Source of the DNA: Candidatus Jordarchaeales archaeon
GTDB taxonomy: Archaea > Asgardarchaeota > Jordiarchaeia > Jordiarchaeales > Freyrarchaeaceae
NCBI GenBank assembly: GCA_038889235.1
Contig: JAWAHN010000001.1
Location: 644,499 to 676,498 of the forward strand
DNA length: 32,000 nucleotides
Direction: 5' to 3'
Each line of letters opens with the position of its first letter. Position 1 is the stretch's first letter. Both the position numbers and the translations under genes were made by a program. Of the stretch, positions 8,937 through 18,069 are shown one piece after another. Below the pieces are notes generated by a model, which made no database searches, was not told the DNA's origin, and was given only the letters and a program-made list of their open reading frames with translations.

Positions 8937-9473
8937 GTGGTGTACAAGGAGATACGCGAAGCGTGGCTTGCCGAACAAAAAGAGGGGGGCATTCGGACGT
9001 TGGACAGCGAGTTCTTCGAGAGGGCAGCAGGATATCTTAGACGCTTAGAAGCTTTAGAGGAAGAGAGTGAGCTGGTCAAGGTTAAAAGGGAAAGAGTACG
9101 GTACATGCTGATGGATCTTATCGAGCTACGATTAGAGAAGATGTTTTCGAGCATAATTATTAGTACTCCAATAAATCCCGGGGCACTAACCCAGAAGGAA
9201 AGAGAGATCTATGGTGAGCTTCAAGGGTTATTTGAGACGAGAGAGAGCGAGGAAGAGTTGGGTGAGGAGGAATATGTATTGGTACGCATGCTAGTCGACT
9301 TACCAGAGATTGTTGGAGTAGATCTTCAAATCTATGGTCCATTCAAAGCAGAGGACATAGTAACGCTTCCCAGGGACAATGCGATTGCTCTCATAAGAAA
9401 GGGTGTGGCTGTTCCCATAATGGTAGACAGCAAGAGAAATTCCAAGGTGAGTGAGCTACCTACTCAAAGTTAA
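8937..9473 (+). CDS. ginS: GINS subunit, Gins51 (A-B domain order) type
   Basis: Helical N-terminal domain plus C-terminal B domain (LVRMLVDLPEIVGVDLQIYGPFKAEDIVTLP..NA); follows priS. Confidence 0.85.
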   Translation: MVYKEIREAWLAEQKEGGIRTLDSEFFERAAGYLRRLEALEEESELVKVKRERVRYMLMDLIELRLEKMFSSIIISTPINPGALTQKEREIYGELQGLFETRESEEELGEEEYVLVRMLVDLPEIVGVDLQIYGPFKAEDIVTLPRDNAIALIRKGVAVPIMVDSKRNSKVSELPTQS

Positions 9474-9621
9474 AGAGCTGGATGTTTTTCAACATAGCAC
9501 CGCAAAAACTTTTTAAGTGTCCCGGCTGTTGTTCTTTCTAAAACTAGATAATGAGTGCTTTATAACTGTCAACTTGTGTTCTTCTCATAAGAGTTTAAAA
9601 TGAAAAAAAGGGTGAAACGTA

Positions 9622-10107
9622 TTGGGCAAGGTTACCGTTGAGGCGCTCGTTGAGGGAGGAAAGGCGACTGCTGGCCCACCGATAGGACCAGCCTTAGGCC
9701 CTACGGGAGTAAATCTGTACCAAGTAGTCCAAAAGATAAATGAGCTGACAGCTAAGTTTAAAGGACTTAAAGTTCCCGTAAAGATAACGGTTGACACAGA
9801 TGACAAATCCTTTGAAGTAGAGGTGGGCGTCCCGCCCACTTCAGCTTTGATCTTAAGCAAGTTAGGGAAAGAAAAAGCCACCGGAAGCCCGGGAAAGGAG
9901 GTTACAGGTGACATTTCGATGAAAGATATAGTTGAGATAGCAAAGATGAAGCGCAGCCAGTTGACGGCTAAAACTTTGGCTGGAGCGGTGAGGACGGTAC
10001 TCGGAACCTGTGTTTCTATGGGGATCACTGTGGACGGCAAGGATCCAAGGGTTGTCCAGAAAGAGGTGCTAGAAGGCAAGTATGACCATCTTCTAGTTGA
10101 GGATTAA
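9622..10107 (+). CDS. rpl11: 50S ribosomal protein L11 (uL11)
   Basis: GGKATAGPPIGPALGP; VLGTCVSMGITVDG. Confidence 0.97.
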   Translation: MGKVTVEALVEGGKATAGPPIGPALGPTGVNLYQVVQKINELTAKFKGLKVPVKITVDTDDKSFEVEVGVPPTSALILSKLGKEKATGSPGKEVTGDISMKDIVEIAKMKRSQLTAKTLAGAVRTVLGTCVSMGITVDGKDPRVVQKEVLEGKYDHLLVED

Positions 10108-10141
10108 TTTCGAGCACTAAGGGAAATAAAGGGGGTTTACA

Positions 10142-10804
10142 ATGCCCATCGACAAAAAGGAATTAATTGAGGCGTTGAAAAAGGTCGATGAGATTTCGAA
10201 AAAAAGAAACTTCGTGGAAGCTATAGAGTTGATGGTTAATCTGAAGGATATTGACCTTAAAAAGCCGGAAAACCGCATAAACACCGAGCTTGTTCTTCCG
10301 AATGAGATTGGCGGAGAACCAAATGTTTGTGTTATCGCCTCAGGAGAGCTGGCAGTAAAAGCTAAGGATCTCAATGTGAGGGTGTTAGACAAAGATGAGC
10401 TCCAAAGTCTGGCGGGTAATAAGAAAGCTATAAAGAAGCTTGCTAAGACGTACGATTTCTTCATAGCATCAGTAGATCTTATGCCTCTCGTTGGTAAAAT
10501 CCTTGGTGCCATTCTTGGGCCTAGGGGAAAGATGCCTAAACCAGTACCCCCTAACACCGACCTAAGAGCTGTGCTTGAAAACTATAAGAAAACTGTTAGG
10601 TTGAGAATGAGAGATAATCCTTGTATACACGCCAAGGTTGGCACCAGAGGGATGGATAAAGAAAAGCTGGCTGAAAACATTAATGCGATTTTGTCTTTCC
10701 TTGAGGAGAAACTCGAGCGGGGACCTAGCAACATAAAGTCCATTTATTTGAAGACAACCATGGGGCCCTCTGTTAAAGTGCCATACGTGAGGAGTAAGAG
10801 GTGA
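10142..10804 (+). CDS. rpl1: 50S ribosomal protein L1 (uL1)
   Basis: KRNFVEAIELMVNLKDIDL, LGPRGKMP, YLKTTMGP. Confidence 0.97.
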   Translation: MPIDKKELIEALKKVDEISKKRNFVEAIELMVNLKDIDLKKPENRINTELVLPNEIGGEPNVCVIASGELAVKAKDLNVRVLDKDELQSLAGNKKAIKKLAKTYDFFIASVDLMPLVGKILGAILGPRGKMPKPVPPNTDLRAVLENYKKTVRLRMRDNPCIHAKVGTRGMDKEKLAENINAILSFLEEKLERGPSNIKSIYLKTTMGPSVKVPYVRSKR

Positions 10805-10810
10805 AAGAGA

Positions 10811-11824
10811 GTGCAGGTTGAACTAACTGCAAGGGGAAGGCCTGTTCCAGAATACAAGGTGAAAAGAGTAAGTGAAATTAAGCGGCTTATGGAAACATAT
10901 AAAGTCATAGGTATTGCCAATATAGAGGGGATAGGAGCGAAGCAGCTTCAGGAGTTAAGAAGCAAGCTAAGAGGGCAAGTTCTGATAAAAGTGGAGAAAA
11001 ACACGTTGGTCAAAAAAGCTATAGAGAAACTCGCCAGGTCAAAGAAGGGAATAGAACTGCTTATGGAGCACATCAAAGGACCTATAGCGCTTATTTTCAC
11101 CAATATGAATCCAGTTAAACTTAACATGATATTCGAAAAGAACAAGACCAAGGCGCCGATTAAACCTGAATCGGTTACACCTGTAGACATAATAGTTCCA
11201 GCTGGAAATACAGGTCTTCCTCCTGGACCTATAATAAGTGAGCTTGGAAGCGTGGGACTTCCTACAAGGGTGCAATCTGGAACCATATGGATAACCAAAG
11301 ATACACTTGTGGCTAGGGCGGGGGAAGTTGTATCGAAAAACCTTGCAGAAGTTTTAAGAAAACTGAAGATAGAGCCGTTAGAAATTGGATTGGCTTTATC
11401 TGCGGCTTACGCTGATGGAATAGTGTTTACGGAGAAGGATTTGAAGATTAACATTCAAGACGTTCTTGATGAGGTCAAGAAAGCACACGTTGAAGCGGTA
11501 AATCTTGCTGTTTCAGCGCAGGCGGCTATTCCAGAAGTAATGCCATTCATTCTTCAGAAAGCGTACCAGGAGGCGTTTAACCTTGCAGTTAACGCTGCTA
11601 TTCCTACGGTTGAAACCTTGCCGCACATCTTGAAGATAGCTGAGAGTAGGGCAATGAGCCTAGCTGCTGCCGTGGCAAGTAAGAGGCCAGACGCTGTTCC
11701 AGAGGATGTTTTCAAAGCGGCAAAAGCTGAGGGCGAAAAAGTTCCAGAAAGAAAAGAGGAAAAAGAAACTAAGAAGGAGGAAGCTGAAGAAGAAATCGGC
11801 GGTCTGGGTATGTTATTTGGCTAA
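10811..11824 (+). CDS. rpl10: Acidic ribosomal protein P0 (uL10)
   Basis: P..K...V, KVEKNTL, GNTGLPPGP, acidic tail ending GLGMLFG. Confidence 0.96.
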   Translation: MQVELTARGRPVPEYKVKRVSEIKRLMETYKVIGIANIEGIGAKQLQELRSKLRGQVLIKVEKNTLVKKAIEKLARSKKGIELLMEHIKGPIALIFTNMNPVKLNMIFEKNKTKAPIKPESVTPVDIIVPAGNTGLPPGPIISELGSVGLPTRVQSGTIWITKDTLVARAGEVVSKNLAEVLRKLKIEPLEIGLALSAAYADGIVFTEKDLKINIQDVLDEVKKAHVEAVNLAVSAQAAIPEVMPFILQKAYQEAFNLAVNAAIPTVETLPHILKIAESRAMSLAAAVASKRPDAVPEDVFKAAKAEGEKVPERKEEKETKKEEAEEEIGGLGMLFG

Positions 11825-11830
11825 ATGTGT

Positions 11831-11843
11831 GAAACCTTTAAAA
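11831..11843 (+). promoter_or_regulatory. Putative internal BRE/TATA promoter for rpl12
   Basis: GAAACC-TTTAAAA in the rpl10-rpl12 gap, about 45 nt upstream of the ATG; SD GGGGTGA before the start. Confidence 0.45.
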
Positions 11844-11886
11844 GTACTCATCGAAATTAGAAGTTGACAAAAAGGGGTGAAGTGAA

Positions 11887-12201
11887 ATGGAGTATATATA
11901 TGCTGCAATGCTTCTTCACCGTGCGGGGAAGGGTATAAACGAAGAGAATATGAAAAAAGTTCTAACTGCTGCAGGGATATCTCCTGACGAGGTTAGGGTC
12001 AAAGCACTGGTCGCAGCTCTGGAAGAGATAAATATTGACGAAGCAATTAAGAGCGCAGTAACGATGCCTATGGTGGCAGCGGCTGCAGCGCCGCAGCAAG
12101 CAGAGGTGCCAACAGCTAAGGAAGAAAAGAAAGAGAAAGAAAAGAAAGAAGAGAAGAAGGAAGAAGAAGTATTAGAGGGACTTGGTGCTCTCTTCGGTTA
12201 A
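11887..12201 (+). CDS. rpl12: Ribosomal stalk protein P1/L12
   Basis: [20 protein letters not shown], Ala-rich hinge, acidic tail ending GLGALFG. Confidence 0.97.
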   Translation: MEYIYAAMLLHRAGKGINEENMKKVLTAAGISPDEVRVKALVAALEEINIDEAIKSAVTMPMVAAAAAPQQAEVPTAKEEKKEKEKKEEKKEEEVLEGLGALFG

Positions 12202-12228
12202 TTAAACAGCGCAAATCAATGCTTGTTT

Positions 12229-14967
12229 TCAACTTTTTAGAGATTTACGGAGCAGTTCCAGCGCTCTTCTCATTGCTTCATCAATTTTTTCTACGAGTTC
12301 TCCCCCGCCCATGGCTATGTTTTCTTTGCCACCACCAGACCCACCTACAACCACTGATATCTCTCTGACTATTGCAGATACATCTACCGGTACTTTGTTC
12401 CCTCTCATTCCGACAACTTCTACTTTCCCGTTCCTCCCTAAGAGAATTACAACCAAGTTCTCGTTCTTTTTAACTAACGAGTCGGCTATTTTTACGAGAG
12501 TTTCCCTATCAGTATCTACTCTTTCTACGATTGTAACATATTCCTCTAAAGGTATAACTTTATTGAGAAGCCTCTCAGCTTCCATCTTAGCCAAGTAGTT
12601 TTTGAGTTTTTCAATTTCCTTTCCTCGATCCTTCCACTCTTCAAAGAATCTTTTAGCAGCGTCTAAGACGTTTTCCTTTGGAACTTTGAAGACTGATGCA
12701 ACGCTGTTAAGGAGCCTATCGATGTCTTGAATGTAGCGGATAGCAGCGTCGCCGGCCTTGAACTCAAACCTAACCACTCCGTCCTGTATTCTTTCAGTTT
12801 TCACTATTTTGATAATTCCAACTTCACCCGTGTAGTCTACATGTATTCCTCCGCAGGCTTCTACGTCCCATCCTTCTACGTCAACTATTCTAAGCTCTCC
12901 GCCGGGAACCGCGCCTCCTTGGTATATTGTGAAGCCAAACTTGTTCTCAGCTTCGTCTCTAGGCATGACATACTTGCTTACCCGGCGGTTCTCCATAACG
13001 ATTTTATTGGCCAGCTCTTCTATTCTTGCAACTTCCTCGTTGGTTAAAGGTTTGTAGTGTGTTACGTCTAACCTTGCTTCATCAAATCTTTTCTCTGCAC
13101 CAGCCTGCCAGACGTGGGGGCCTAGTACTCTTCTCGCCGCACCATTAAGTATGTGTGTTGCGGTGTGATGTCTCATGAGGGCAATTCTCCTTTCCCAGTC
13201 TATCTTCCCCTTAACCTCTTGTCCTACATGGAACTTAGAAACGTCGTTTACTTGATGGAGAATTACGTTTCCGACTTTTTCAACCTTGACCACGGTTTCG
13301 CCGTTAAGGCTGCCAACGTCGTACAGCTGGCCTCCCCCGGTAGGATAAAACAAGGTTCTGTCAAGGATTACGTATGGCCCAATTATGGCTATGACTCGCC
13401 CAGTGAACTCAGAGTCATATGGTCTGTCGTAGTAAAGTGGGTAAGTTGGAGGAATGTTTTCGTCTATCACAATACCCGGAGAAACAACGCCTCTATCTTT
13501 TTTCTCTTGTCTACCACCAAGTTCGAGGTAAAAGTTGCTTGGAACCTCGATCTTAATTCCCATTTCTTCGCCTATTTCTTGAACCATTTCGGGTGTGATC
13601 CCATTTGATTCATAGAGTTTAATGAGGGTTTCAACGTCCAGTGACTTCTTCTTTAGGAGACGTTCAACCTGGCTGCGACCTTTAGCCAGCGACTGCAAGT
13701 ATCTTTCCTTTTCGACAGCAAAAACGTCATCTATTATTTCAGCCGCAACCTTCAAGTGCGGGTAACTCCTGCTGAAGTACTCTATTTGCTTGTGGAAAAG
13801 CTCTGTGAAGTTTAATTCGAAACCATAAAGCTTATCCAAGCTAAGCGCCCTTCGAAGTATCACGCGGAGGTTGTAACCTCCACCGACGTTTGAAGGAATG
13901 CCGCCATCAGCTACGGCGAAGACCAGGGTGCGCGTGTGGTCAGCTATAGCATAGAGGGCTTCTAGGGGGAGAAGCTGTCTCTTGAGCTCTTCCGTGGAGA
14001 CGTCAAGCTTAGAAGCTATTTCGCGCACCACTTTTTCAAGATCTTGCATCTCGGTTGCATCGAAAACTCCCGCAAGAGCGAAGTACCTCAGGATGAGGTC
14101 CTCGTCGACGGTCACCCCGGCCTCCTTTTTCAACCACTCCAAAATGGGGCCGAAGGCGGCCTCATATATTGTTGGGGTTCCTTGCATGAACCAACTAACC
14201 CGCTCGATCCCCCAACCTACATCTATCACTCTTATTTTAAGTTCTCTCCAGCTTCCATCCGGATTGAAAGCATACTGCATGAAGACATTATTTACTATTT
14301 CTAGGCCGCGGCCAAAGGCTTCTAGGGACGGGCCGAATGTTCCCCCGCCACTCCAAACATCTTCCTTATAGGTTATTTCCTCCTTTTCCAGATTGAGGAC
14401 TTTGGTTAAGAATTCGAAGTTGAGCTCCATGCATCTGTCCATCCAGTAACCCTCACCGTTATAGTTGAAAGCATGTTGGCCTCCCATTATGAAGAGGGAG
14501 AGGTGTCTGCCCGTTCTACCGACGTTGTCTATGTCGCAAAAGCCTTTACCTCCAAACCTTATGCAGGGCTGTGGGACAACAAGTGGATTTGCAGGAGGTC
14601 TCACGACGCCTTCAACTACGTACGGCTGGAAGTCGGCTATCGATGCTATGGTGAAAGCTATGTCGTCCCTCCATCTAGCCACAACAGGATAAGCCTTTAT
14701 TCTTTTATGGCCTCTTTCCTCGAAAAACCTACACCACTTTTCTATAGACTCGTGGAAATCCCATGCCATGCTAGTCTTCTTTCCCAGGAAGAGGTATCCT
14801 CCAACACACTTGGTGTCACCGCAGTTCTTTCGGTCAGGGTCCAGGGTCCAAAAGTAGTCGCCGCAAACTTCGCACCTATTTCTGACGAATCCTTCTCGCC
14901 TGAAAAGTTCTACTTCGTACTTTTCTTTACCGAAGTTTTTCCTAAGCTCCTCTTTAGAGACAGTCAA
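12229..14967 (-). CDS. alaS: Alanine--tRNA ligase (archaeal type)
   Basis: IASIADFQP, PQPCIRF, DNVGRTGRH, DVGWGIER, HHTATH, CGGIH, GGSGGG. Start trimmed to TTG at 14967 after GAGGTG; the ORF track starts at 15051. Confidence 0.97.
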   Translation of the reverse strand: MTVSKEELRKNFGKEKYEVELFRREGFVRNRCEVCGDYFWTLDPDRKNCGDTKCVGGYLFLGKKTSMAWDFHESIEKWCRFFEERGHKRIKAYPVVARWRDDIAFTIASIADFQPYVVEGVVRPPANPLVVPQPCIRFGGKGFCDIDNVGRTGRHLSLFIMGGQHAFNYNGEGYWMDRCMELNFEFLTKVLNLEKEEITYKEDVWSGGGTFGPSLEAFGRGLEIVNNVFMQYAFNPDGSWRELKIRVIDVGWGIERVSWFMQGTPTIYEAAFGPILEWLKKEAGVTVDEDLILRYFALAGVFDATEMQDLEKVVREIASKLDVSTEELKRQLLPLEALYAIADHTRTLVFAVADGGIPSNVGGGYNLRVILRRALSLDKLYGFELNFTELFHKQIEYFSRSYPHLKVAAEIIDDVFAVEKERYLQSLAKGRSQVERLLKKKSLDVETLIKLYESNGITPEMVQEIGEEMGIKIEVPSNFYLELGGRQEKKDRGVVSPGIVIDENIPPTYPLYYDRPYDSEFTGRVIAIIGPYVILDRTLFYPTGGGQLYDVGSLNGETVVKVEKVGNVILHQVNDVSKFHVGQEVKGKIDWERRIALMRHHTATHILNGAARRVLGPHVWQAGAEKRFDEARLDVTHYKPLTNEEVARIEELANKIVMENRRVSKYVMPRDEAENKFGFTIYQGGAVPGGELRIVDVEGWDVEACGGIHVDYTGEVGIIKIVKTERIQDGVVRFEFKAGDAAIRYIQDIDRLLNSVASVFKVPKENVLDAAKRFFEEWKDRGKEIEKLKNYLAKMEAERLLNKVIPLEEYVTIVERVDTDRETLVKIADSLVKKNENLVVILLGRNGKVEVVGMRGNKVPVDVSAIVREISVVVGGSGGGKENIAMGGGELVEKIDEAMRRALELLRKSLKS

Positions 14968-15071
14968 CGGGAACACCTCTTTGTGAGGGCGAGGGATGCT
15001 TTCTTGTTGCAAGTAAATTTTGAGGCGGGAAAGTCTAAAAACCTTCCTCACGAATAGGATTTTTTAACAGT

Positions 15072-15770
15072 ATGAATAACTGTGGTATGGTGTTTAGTGG
15101 TGAAAGTAGGTTGTTTGAGTTAGATGAAGCGAAATTGAGGAGAGCGGCTGAAGAGGTAAGATACCTTTTGAACAGGGGGTATAATAGAGAAAGTGTTCTC
15201 AAATTCGTTGCAGATCACCACCATCTTGACAAGGTGCATAGAACAATCCTCATGAGAAGTGTCTTTAGTAGTGGTGAAATAGAGGAAAGGAGGAGGAAAA
15301 CCGTCTCATTCAAAGACCTTAATGGTGAAACGCTTTCCGTCGATGGGTATAATGTACTGATAGTCATTGAAACGATGATGAGAAACGGACTTCTGATAGA
15401 GGGGGATGATGGATATATAAGAGACATGTCGGGAGTTCATGGAAAGTACAGGGCGACGAATCTAACAGCTGAAGCTCTAAGCATTATCTTGGAAAAGCTC
15501 GAGAGTGCTAACCCAAAAAAAGTCTTGATATTCTTTGACAAGCCGGTAAGCAAAAGTGGGGAGTTAGCTAAAGCTACAAGACAGCTCATGAAAGAACATA
15601 GAATAGAAGGAGATAGTTTAACTGTAAGACGAGCAGATAGCACTGTGCTAAAAGCAGGAGGTGTAGCGCTCACAAGCGACAGCGTGATTCTACAGAAAGC
15701 CAGAAAATGTTTTGATATAGCGGGGCACATAGTCAAGGAAAGAGGCTATAGGAAAATCCTAAAACTGTGA
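15072..15770 (+). CDS. DUF434-family protein (PIN-like fold suspected)
   Basis: YLLNRGY, VDGYNVLI, DGYIRD.SGV.GKY, DKPVSKSGELA, TSDS motifs recalled for this family. Confidence 0.7.
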   Translation: MNNCGMVFSGESRLFELDEAKLRRAAEEVRYLLNRGYNRESVLKFVADHHHLDKVHRTILMRSVFSSGEIEERRRKTVSFKDLNGETLSVDGYNVLIVIETMMRNGLLIEGDDGYIRDMSGVHGKYRATNLTAEALSIILEKLESANPKKVLIFFDKPVSKSGELAKATRQLMKEHRIEGDSLTVRRADSTVLKAGGVALTSDSVILQKARKCFDIAGHIVKERGYRKILKL

Positions 15771-16021
15771 GCAAATTGATATGATGCGTACAAGAGTCAT
15801 TTCAGAAATCATTGTAAGTATCTGAATTTCGGTTTTCTGACGTGTTTCATCGAAGCTACCGATGGTTGAGTAGCTAGCTCAAAGTAGTTGTCTGCCGGCA
15901 TCATGGTTGTTGCATAGGGTAAGAAAGGTCAATGTTTCTTGGGATGGTGAAAACTGGACGCGATGTGATCCTCGAATCTCTTAACATGAAAAACACGAAG
16001 AAGAACACGAAGAGGCATAAC

Positions 16022-16030
16022 ATATAAAAA
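16022..16030 (+). promoter_or_regulatory. TATA box of tRNA-Arg
   Basis: ATATAAAAA about 30-38 nt upstream of the mature 5' end at 16060. Confidence 0.5.
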
Positions 16031-16059
16031 CTTGTCGAGAAATACCACTCTTGAGTGGC

Positions 16060-16192
16060 GGTCCCGTCGCCTAGCCAGGAGAGGAAACTGAAAGGGCGCC
16101 GACCGGGTGGGCGTAAGCCTTCTAAGCCGGAATTCCCGGGTTCAAGTGTTTCCGCCTTTGGGGCGGAATTGAAAGTCCCGGCGGGACCGCCA
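16060..16192 (+). tRNA. tRNA-Arg(TCT) with three introns
   Basis: Acceptor GGTCCCG/CGGGACC, G73, CCA; anticodon loop CT-TCT-AA. Introns at 16082-16092 (D-loop, 20a/21), 16102-16116 (29/30) and 16147-16175 (59/60). Spliced length 78 nt. Confidence 0.92.
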
Positions 16193-16216
16193 TCAATTTT
16201 CCCTTCCTGTCGTCGT

Positions 16217-17185
16217 CTATTGATGCCTGAAGTGTTCGTAACCTCTCCAATTGACCTTGATCCACCCCTTTTCAGGGTGCTTGAATATTATCTCGTTTTC
16301 AGACGTCACGCGTCCTATTCGATGTAATGAGCCACCGGCCTTTTCTATAGCCTTCACAGCCTCGCCCCATTTTGCTTCTGGTATTGTGACAACTAACTCG
16401 TATTCTTCACCTCCGTAAAATGCAAGCTCGTAGGGATCCAGTCCATTTCTTTGAGCGAAAAATAGAACTTCAGGTGGAATGGGAACAGTTTCTATGGAGA
16501 AACCAACATTGCTTGCTCTCGCTAATTCATGGAGGGATACGGCCAGCCCGTCGCTACTATCTATGCATGAGGAGGCATAACCTCCCTTGGCAAGGACCAC
16601 TCCTTCTTTCACCCTAGGTTCAGGCTGGTATACTGCTTTTAAACAGCGTTTTCCTTCATCCCCCGCCTCTAATCCTTCAAGAAGTATTTTTAGCCCAGCT
16701 GCTGTTAGTCCGAATGGACCTGTCACTGCAACGACTTCGCCTGGCTTAGCTCCCGTTCTCGGTATAAATCTTTCAGTCACGCCTAACACCGCGCCGGAGA
16801 TGACAACCTCGTCAGACTCGTTAACGTCTCCTCCGAGGTAGTGCGCTCCGTAGAAATTAGAGGCTTCCTTTATTCCACTAGCGATTTCAAGAGCATCATC
16901 CACTTTAAACCATCTTGGAAGACCAAAAGCATAAAGTCCACCTATGGGTTCAGCTCCCTTGGCAGCTAAATCGCTTAAATTCATCGCTACGACTTTCCAT
17001 CCCACCTGTTTCCAGGTCATTCCTGGGGGGACGTCTGTTCTTGCAACGAGCATGTCCGAGCTGAAAACCAGTGTTACATTGCCAAGTTGGATTACCGCAG
17101 CGTCTTCACCATAAGAGCGTTCATCGTCTATGAAGGCCAGAAGTTGTTCAACCAGTTTTCTCTCACCTAACCTACTCAACTCCAT
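16217..17185 (-). CDS. thiL: Thiamine-monophosphate kinase
   Basis: GEDAAV, SSDML, MNLSDLAAKGA, GGD, IDSSDGL, GGEEYELV; start trimmed to MELSRLGE. Confidence 0.93.
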   Translation of the reverse strand: MELSRLGERKLVEQLLAFIDDERSYGEDAAVIQLGNVTLVFSSDMLVARTDVPPGMTWKQVGWKVVAMNLSDLAAKGAEPIGGLYAFGLPRWFKVDDALEIASGIKEASNFYGAHYLGGDVNESDEVVISGAVLGVTERFIPRTGAKPGEVVAVTGPFGLTAAGLKILLEGLEAGDEGKRCLKAVYQPEPRVKEGVVLAKGGYASSCIDSSDGLAVSLHELARASNVGFSIETVPIPPEVLFFAQRNGLDPYELAFYGGEEYELVVTIPEAKWGEAVKAIEKAGGSLHRIGRVTSENEIIFKHPEKGWIKVNWRGYEHFRHQ

Positions 17186-17714
17186 AAAATAAACACCCCA
17201 CCTAAGGAGGGCGAGAAGAAAAAATAAATTTCGCGAAAAAGATGGCGAAGAGCACACTTAGTAGCTTAGCTGTTCAACTTTCTGCGGAATTTAACAACAC
17301 ACAGTGCAAGGCACACATCTTTGTGGCTGTTCGGTCGACATACTTTTCCAGCAGTCTACTGAAAGCCTAGAACTACCACCACTCACATTCAGCTACGCGC
17401 CTAAGTCACTTTGCTAGCGTAACAACCGCCAGTTCCGATTCGTCATCTCCTCTAAAGACTCACAATACTCTATCGCAGCTTTTTTCACTTCACCAGAAAA
17501 CTTGTACAAATCTTCCAGTAAATTACTGGCCACGCACTTAACGGCCCCCTTTAACTTTTTCTATTTCAAGCGTATCTTGAAACACTCTTTTAAAGAAACG
17601 AACAAGAGAACATTCGGTTTCCTGATGATTTTTCAATAGAGAAGTCAGAATTTCCGTTTTGCCAAGAGAGCCATGTAAAAGACGACAGCTCCTCGACAAA
17701 ACTTTCTCGTTAGG

Positions 17715-17829
17715 TGGAGCCCCGGGCGGGTTTTTCTACAGCGACTCGAACCCGCGGCCTGCGGCTTACGAGGCCGCCGCTCTACCGGTTGCCCGCCAAT
17801 TTCAAAAAGACGCTCTGAGCTACCGGGGC
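17715..17829 (-). tRNA. tRNA-Thr(CGT) with two introns
   Basis: Acceptor GCCCCGG/CCGGGGC, U73, CCA; GCGGC-CT-CGT-AA-GCCGC. Introns at 17789-17814 (15/16) and 17732-17744 (59/60). Spliced length 76 nt. Confidence 0.92.
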
Positions 17830-18069
17830 TCTAATCCATTTTTCATGGATTGAAGCATATTAATCTTTCCCATTTTTAACCTACCGTGCTTCATGAAGAG
17901 ACCGATCTTGGTTCGTTGTTCTTTTTCGCTTTTGGAAGTGATTCCATTTTAGAACTGATAATTGGTGTTTAAATTTCCTTGAGGAAAAGAGCTAAAAAGA
18001 GTTAAATATCTGTGTCTTTTCCCTTTTTTAGGAACCTTTGTTTTTTATGTCTTTTAAGGGTGAAGTGAA

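Noticed and set aside
15781-15840. Possible C/D-box sRNA (ATGATGC ... CTGA) after the DUF434 gene
   Set aside because: The C box is imperfect, there is no convincing C'/D' pair, and no target could be checked.
15770-16020. Short ORFs (about 30 aa) on both strands and a small AACACGAAG duplication
   Set aside because: No recognisable motif or good SD; only two repeat copies, so not an array.
17622-17700. TGATGA C-box-like word
   Set aside because: No downstream CTGA at a suitable distance.
17833-17851. 7-bp inverted repeat AATCCAT/ATGGATT upstream of tRNA-Thr
   Set aside because: Short and AT-rich, likely by chance; no second copy found.
17852-18069. SRP RNA upstream of srp54
   Set aside because: The region is AT-rich and lacks the long GC helices and domain IV motif.
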